Positions 60,082 through 64,000 of a stretch of 64,000 nt of DNA are shown here, piece after piece. Every line of letters begins with the position of its first letter. Position 1 is the first letter of the stretch. The notes beneath the pieces are model-generated. The model saw only the letters and a program-made list of their open reading frames with translations, was not told the origin of the DNA and ran no database searches. Origin of the DNA: a virus. The stretch is taken from the IMG/VR virus record IMGVR_UViG_3300027815_000003, positions 32,001 through 96,000 of that record, one strand, 5' to 3'. A program made the translations under genes and the position numbers.

Positions 60082-60882
60082 TTATTCTAACTTTCTACCG
60101 TGATGTTCGTCTTTAAAAGATTTTCTTAACTGCCTCCAGCCAAAAAAATTCCCATATCTTTTATCACTTGCAGAAGAAGCAACATGTTCTAATGGTGAAA
60201 AATGTTTTGAACTTACTAATTTATCAAATAGATTTATGTCGGATATTATATCATGTCTTTCATTCATAGTCAAATATGAAGCTCTGGCACATCTAGCTGC
60301 AGAAATTTTTCTTCTATCCCAAATAGTTCCATCTTCTTCTGTTGTAAGAGGTAAATGCCAACTATCATATTTTATATATTTTGGTTCGTTTTTATCATAA
60401 ATTTCTTTCATCATATCTGCTATTTTTTTTATTTCTGGTTGTGCATCTTTAGCACATCTAAGATAAAAGAAATTATCCCATTCTGTCGCAGAGACGATAA
60501 CGGTGACAAACATCCAAGGTTCCAGTAGTCGATTAATAATTTGTTTATGGACACCTAATTTTGATAATTCTTCTGTATATTTTATCACTGAATCTCTTGC
60601 TTGTATCCAAATTTTATTAGCACTATCTATATCTTCTATTTCTTTTTCTGCAGACATTCCAGGTTGATTTTTACCCCAAAAAACTGGATAAACAGGATCA
60701 TTTTTTATTGCATCTAAAAGTTTTTTATTAGGAATAGCCCGACTGCTTGAAACAGAAAAAGACATTATTCTGTGTCTAAGGTGTTCTGAATGAACAAATC
60801 TCGGATATTGGACTAAAAATGTTGTAAGTCTATTATCAAATTGATTTACACTATCTAATAATATCTCTGCTTTGTAAGGCAT
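60082..60882 (-). CDS. thyX: flavin-dependent thymidylate synthase
   Basis: EHLRHRIMSFSVSSSR; HFSPLEH. Confidence 0.88.
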   Translation of the reverse strand: MPYKAEILLDSVNQFDNRLTTFLVQYPRFVHSEHLRHRIMSFSVSSSRAIPNKKLLDAIKNDPVYPVFWGKNQPGMSAEKEIEDIDSANKIWIQARDSVIKYTEELSKLGVHKQIINRLLEPWMFVTVIVSATEWDNFFYLRCAKDAQPEIKKIADMMKEIYDKNEPKYIKYDSWHLPLTTEEDGTIWDRRKISAARCARASYLTMNERHDIISDINLFDKLVSSKHFSPLEHVASSASDKRYGNFFGWRQLRKSFKDEHHGRKLE

Positions 60883-60906
60883 TACTGTTATCTCTTCCTG
60901 TTTCTT

Positions 60907-61926
60907 CTATGTATTCTTTATGGTCTCTGTAAAAATGGGATAATAAATAAATTTTTTTAATTTCTCTATTATTTTTTGTTCTGATTTTATTTCTTTTTCC
61001 CAAATAATTAATGTTTTATAACCAAATTTTCTAAAATGGTTTGTTCTAATTTGTTCATCTTCTGGTTTATGCCAATATTCCCCAAAAAACTCAATTATTT
61101 TTTTATCTTTTTCGTCTATAAAATCTGGACATTTTCCATCAATTGTTATTTTCCAATTTCCAACAAATTTATATTTACCTGGGAAATTTTCTTCTAATAA
61201 TTTTATTATATATTGTTCACATTTATTCGGAGAATTTTGAGACGAAATAGATTGTTTTCTTATATAATCTTTATTTTTCCAAAGTTCTTTTATGCTTTGT
61301 GATACCTTTTCATTAACTTCTAAAGGTCTTTGTTTACCTCTAAATTGCGATACCCTTTTTTCTATAGTTTCGGAAGATTGTTTTATACCTAAATGTGATT
61401 TTATTAGTTTTAATTTTGTATTTTCGTTCATAGGTATCCCAATATGAGATTTTGCTATGTTATCTGCCCATTCTTCAGGAAGAGACTTACCCCTTCCACT
61501 ATGCCCTTGTTTATAATTTTGTTTACATAACTCCTCACAACCACATTTGCATAAATTTATCTTTATCTTTTTGTTATATTCTTTTTTATATTCTTCTACA
61601 CATTGTTTACAAGAAGAATATAATCCGTCTTTTTTACCTTTATCTTGATTAAACTCATTTTCTATTTTAGATATTTTACATTTTGTACAAACTTTATAAT
61701 AGTTTTCTTTATTTACAGAGATATAACATTTTTTACCATTATGACCTTTAATAAATCTTTTATTTTTAGTTAATTTATTACATCCACATTCACAAAAATG
61801 TTCTTTTAAATGTTTACTTTCATAAATACATTTTTTACATTGATAATTAAATCCATCTTTAGTTATCCTATCTCTATCAAAATCTTTTTCTTCTTTTTCT
61901 ATTTTACATTTGCTACATATTTTCAT
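60907..61926 (-). CDS. cassette 5 endonuclease: Cys repeats + Vsr-like domain
   Basis: MKICSKCKIEKEEKDF; CPDFID..IEFFGEYWH. Confidence 0.85.
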   Translation of the reverse strand: MKICSKCKIEKEEKDFDRDRITKDGFNYQCKKCIYESKHLKEHFCECGCNKLTKNKRFIKGHNGKKCYISVNKENYYKVCTKCKISKIENEFNQDKGKKDGLYSSCKQCVEEYKKEYNKKIKINLCKCGCEELCKQNYKQGHSGRGKSLPEEWADNIAKSHIGIPMNENTKLKLIKSHLGIKQSSETIEKRVSQFRGKQRPLEVNEKVSQSIKELWKNKDYIRKQSISSQNSPNKCEQYIIKLLEENFPGKYKFVGNWKITIDGKCPDFIDEKDKKIIEFFGEYWHKPEDEQIRTNHFRKFGYKTLIIWEKEIKSEQKIIEKLKKFIYYPIFTETIKNT

Positions 61927-62026
61927 TCTTGATATAACTCCTTGTACTTTTTGTACAGTTATATTATATCATAAATTATCATAATGTGCTATTTTTTTAC
62001 CTAATAATTCGTATCTGAAAAACGAA

Positions 62027-62176
62027 TTATAAACGAGTTTTTATAAGATTTTCTATTGCTTCATCTAAAAGTTTAGAAATTGGAATTTTTGTTTGCTTTG
62101 AAAGAAGATGAAGCTGTTCAAAAAGTTTATTATCAATTGAACTTCCAATTCTAGTTCTATTTTTTAGTGTATACAT
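62027..62176 (-). CDS. cassette 5 ribbon-helix-helix protein (49 aa), not in ORF track
   Basis: MYTLKNRTRIGSSIDNKLFEQLHLLSKQTKIPISKLLDEAIENLIKTRL. Confidence 0.88.
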   Translation of the reverse strand: MYTLKNRTRIGSSIDNKLFEQLHLLSKQTKIPISKLLDEAIENLIKTRL

Positions 62177-62306
62177 TTATATCTTCTTGTTGTTTATGCT
62201 GGGAGTAATAATGATTTAATAGCCAAGCATAACTTAATGATTTCTTAGGACACCCATTTACAATACAAACATAAAATTCACTGATATTGTATCCATCTTT
62301 ATTCAC
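62157..62306 (-). CDS. small C2H2-type zinc-finger protein (GTG start), not in ORF track
   Basis: VNKDGYNISEFYVCIVNGCPKKSLSYAWLLNHYYSQHKQQEDINVYTKK; overlaps the groES stop. Confidence 0.5.
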   Translation of the reverse strand: MNKDGYNISEFYVCIVNGCPKKSLSYAWLLNHYYSQHKQQEDINVYTKK

Positions 62307-62649
62307 TTTTAGTTACTTCGTCTTTTTTGATATATGCTAAAACTGAATTTTCTGCTACAAAATAATAATCTTTATTGTCTTGTAAAACCTGTTGTGGTGC
62401 TGGCTGAAGTAATAAATGGAACATTACTACATCTCCAACTTCTAAATCAAGTTTTTGTCTTTCTCCATAAAAATTATATCTTCCTGGGCCGACAGCAACA
62501 ATTGTCCCGAATCCAGTCATTGTCTGTCTTGTTTCTGGTATTAGTAAGGCTGTTTTTTTACTACCATTATTATCATAATCTCTATTTACTTTTACGATAA
62601 TATTTGTCCCAGTTGGCTGCCATTTGAATTCTATATTGTTTTCTTCCAT
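62299..62649 (-). CDS. groES: co-chaperonin GroES-like
   Basis: QPTGTNIIVK..LLIPET..GTIVAVGPG..LEVGDVVMF. Confidence 0.88.
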   Translation of the reverse strand: MEENNIEFKWQPTGTNIIVKVNRDYDNNGSKKTALLIPETRQTMTGFGTIVAVGPGRYNFYGERQKLDLEVGDVVMFHLLLQPAPQQVLQDNKDYYFVAENSVLAYIKKDEVTKSE

Positions 62650-62676
62650 GATTTTTCCCTTTCTTTCTATATTTAT

Positions 62677-62705
62677 ATTATATCATTTATTTTATATCTT
62701 GTCAA
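62677..62705 (-). promoter_or_regulatory. consensus sigma70/sigmaA promoter for groES
   Basis: TTGACA-17 nt-TATAAT with TG extension. Confidence 0.85.
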
Positions 62706-62719
62706 ATATAGAGATATAA

Positions 62720-63130
62720 CTATTCATATAGTATACTCTCTTTTCGTTTTTCTGTCAAATACAAATTAACGTGCTCTCTACTACAAAAGGCACGTTTTTG
62801 ACGTAATCTAAAAAAATTCTTTTTGAATAAATATCTATACATTGCAATTCTTTTATTACAATAAGCGCAACGTAAGCGTACTCTAAATTTTAATCTTCTA
62901 CATTCATCACTACAAAGAGTTTTTGTCCCAGTCATGGGTTTTAAACAATAAACACAGGGGTGTGTTTTAATAACTGGTACATGAATTGTTTCTTGTTTAT
63001 AACGTTTTAATGTTTCCCAAACAGACCAACGATTTATTTTTATCTCATCGGCAATTTTTTGTAAAGACCATTCTGGATGAGATAAACGTAACTCTATTGT
63101 TTGTCTTACTGTGGATTTATGTGGGCGCAT
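62720..63130 (-). CDS. HTH + Cys zinc-finger protein
   Basis: HPEWSLQKIADEI; CxxC..CS..C repeats. Confidence 0.65.
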   Translation of the reverse strand: MRPHKSTVRQTIELRLSHPEWSLQKIADEIKINRWSVWETLKRYKQETIHVPVIKTHPCVYCLKPMTGTKTLCSDECRRLKFRVRLRCAYCNKRIAMYRYLFKKNFFRLRQKRAFCSREHVNLYLTEKRKESILYE

Positions 63131-63132
63131 TT

Positions 63133-64000
63133 TTAATTTGCTACTCTTAAAACACGGAATCCAACTCCACCAGAATCAGCAGCTCCTAATGAAACTAAAG
63201 CTACATTTACACCAGAATTATTATTTAGTCTTATTTCTAGGTTTGTTGTATTAGCTGCGGCATCTTCATCTTTTAATGTCATAGTTCTGTTTCCAGCACC
63301 ATAAAATTCCATATCTCCACTATTACCAGAAATATATCTATCTACAGCATCTACACCAATAAAAAGTTTTTTAAATGGTAAAGAGGAAGTTCCCAAATCT
63401 ATTGAATTGGCAGCATTTGGCTTTAATATATTTCTAAGTGTAATCCCTGTTCCTGTTGAAGCCTCATATAAATTATCAAAAAATGCATTTGTAAATCCAG
63501 CATTAGAAGCGCCAACATTTCCACCAGCAGTACCTGCACGTCTTGTTACAGCATCTATATATAGGTTTACCCCATAAATATCGTCCCAATACTTTGTAGC
63601 ATCACCTAAATCGTGATTTCCTGCTAAACCAGGTATTATTTTTCCCCCACTAGCCAAACTAAACGTAACTGTTGTAGGTGTAGTTATGGACTGAAAGGTA
63701 AAATGACTAGAAAATTCTAATATATTTAAATAGGATGTTAATTTTGTCACATTTGTTGCAGCAGTTACAGATGGTGAAATAACTAAACTCCCAGCAGCAT
63801 CATTATAAATATAAACAGTTTCATACCCAGTATTTTCAAATTGTGCTGCCGATAAACTTAAATTTCCCTTAAAATGGATACCAGTGCTATCTAATTCAAC
63901 CGCTCCAGCGCCAGCATAAAATTTACCATTACTAGAACTTAATTCTGTTTGAAGAACCCCCGCTGCATATCCTCCAATTCTGTCTCCATTTAATGTAAAT
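63133..64000 (-). CDS. C-terminal part of a virion structural (tail/fibre-like) protein; start beyond right edge
   Basis: Frame stays open from 63750 to the window edge (FTLNGDRIGGYAAG..VTAATNVTKL); Gly/Ala/Thr/Asn-rich with repeated P....DLG....W/F motifs. Confidence 0.65.
   Translation of the reverse strand, partial: FTLNGDRIGGYAAGVLQTELSSSNGKFYAGAGAVELDSTGIHFKGNLSLSAAQFENTGYETVYIYNDAAGSLVISPSVTAATNVTKLTSYLNILEFSSHFTFQSITTPTTVTFSLASGGKIIPGLAGNHDLGDATKYWDDIYGVNLYIDAVTRRAGTAGGNVGASNAGFTNAFFDNLYEASTGTGITLRNILKPNAANSIDLGTSSLPFKKLFIGVDAVDRYISGNSGDMEFYGAGNRTMTLKDEDAAANTTNLEIRLNNNSGVNVALVSLGAADSGGVGFRVLRVAN

Noticed and set aside
28215-62176. IS200/IS605 or OMEGA-type RNA-guided element
   Set aside because: No TnpA, TnpB or IscB ORF, and no conserved terminal hairpin or shared downstream RNA across the five copies.
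266-62600. Plus-strand ORFs in the track (about 60-150 aa)
   Set aside because: Almost all are antisense to well-supported minus-strand genes or RNAs, with Phe/Ser/Ile/Leu-biased shadow composition.
63133-63750. GTG start at 63750
   Set aside because: The frame is open to the window edge, so this is an internal codon of a longer gene.

Overview
AT-rich 64-kb segment of a large tailed dsDNA phage; essentially every credible gene is on the minus strand. Left part (1-11 kb): accessory and RNA-related genes, including a Ro60/TROVE gene truncated at the window edge, a circularly permuted tRNA-like Y RNA, a second tRNA-like RNA, tRNA-Ser(GCT), an atypical tRNA-Pro(TGG), vWA, DUF192, nucleotidyltransferase, SLOG and IF3-C-like genes. 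Middle (11-37 kb): prohead protease, ClpP, metallophosphoesterase, a 1743-aa polyvalent protein headed by a CCA-adding enzyme, 2H phosphoesterase, intein-containing portal and terminase, and an nrdJ fractured by a split intein plus endonuclease. Right part (39-64 kb): RuvC, RecA, DnaE, dCMP deaminase, SSB, primase, DnaB, two methyltransferases, SNF2 helicase, ThyX, GroES and a structural gene running off the edge. Main observations: (i) a DUF4326 gene whose conserved Cys is an in-frame TGA followed by a SECIS-like hairpin (candidate phage selenoprotein); (ii) five copies of an unannotated RHH + Cys-repeat endonuclease cassette with four different nuclease domains, one splitting a gp157 gene; (iii) a Ro60 locus with up to three ncRNAs; (iv) two intergenic RNAs 47 kb apart sharing an identical 24-nt hairpin. 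All family assignments are from motif recognition by eye; no searches were run and the host cannot be determined.
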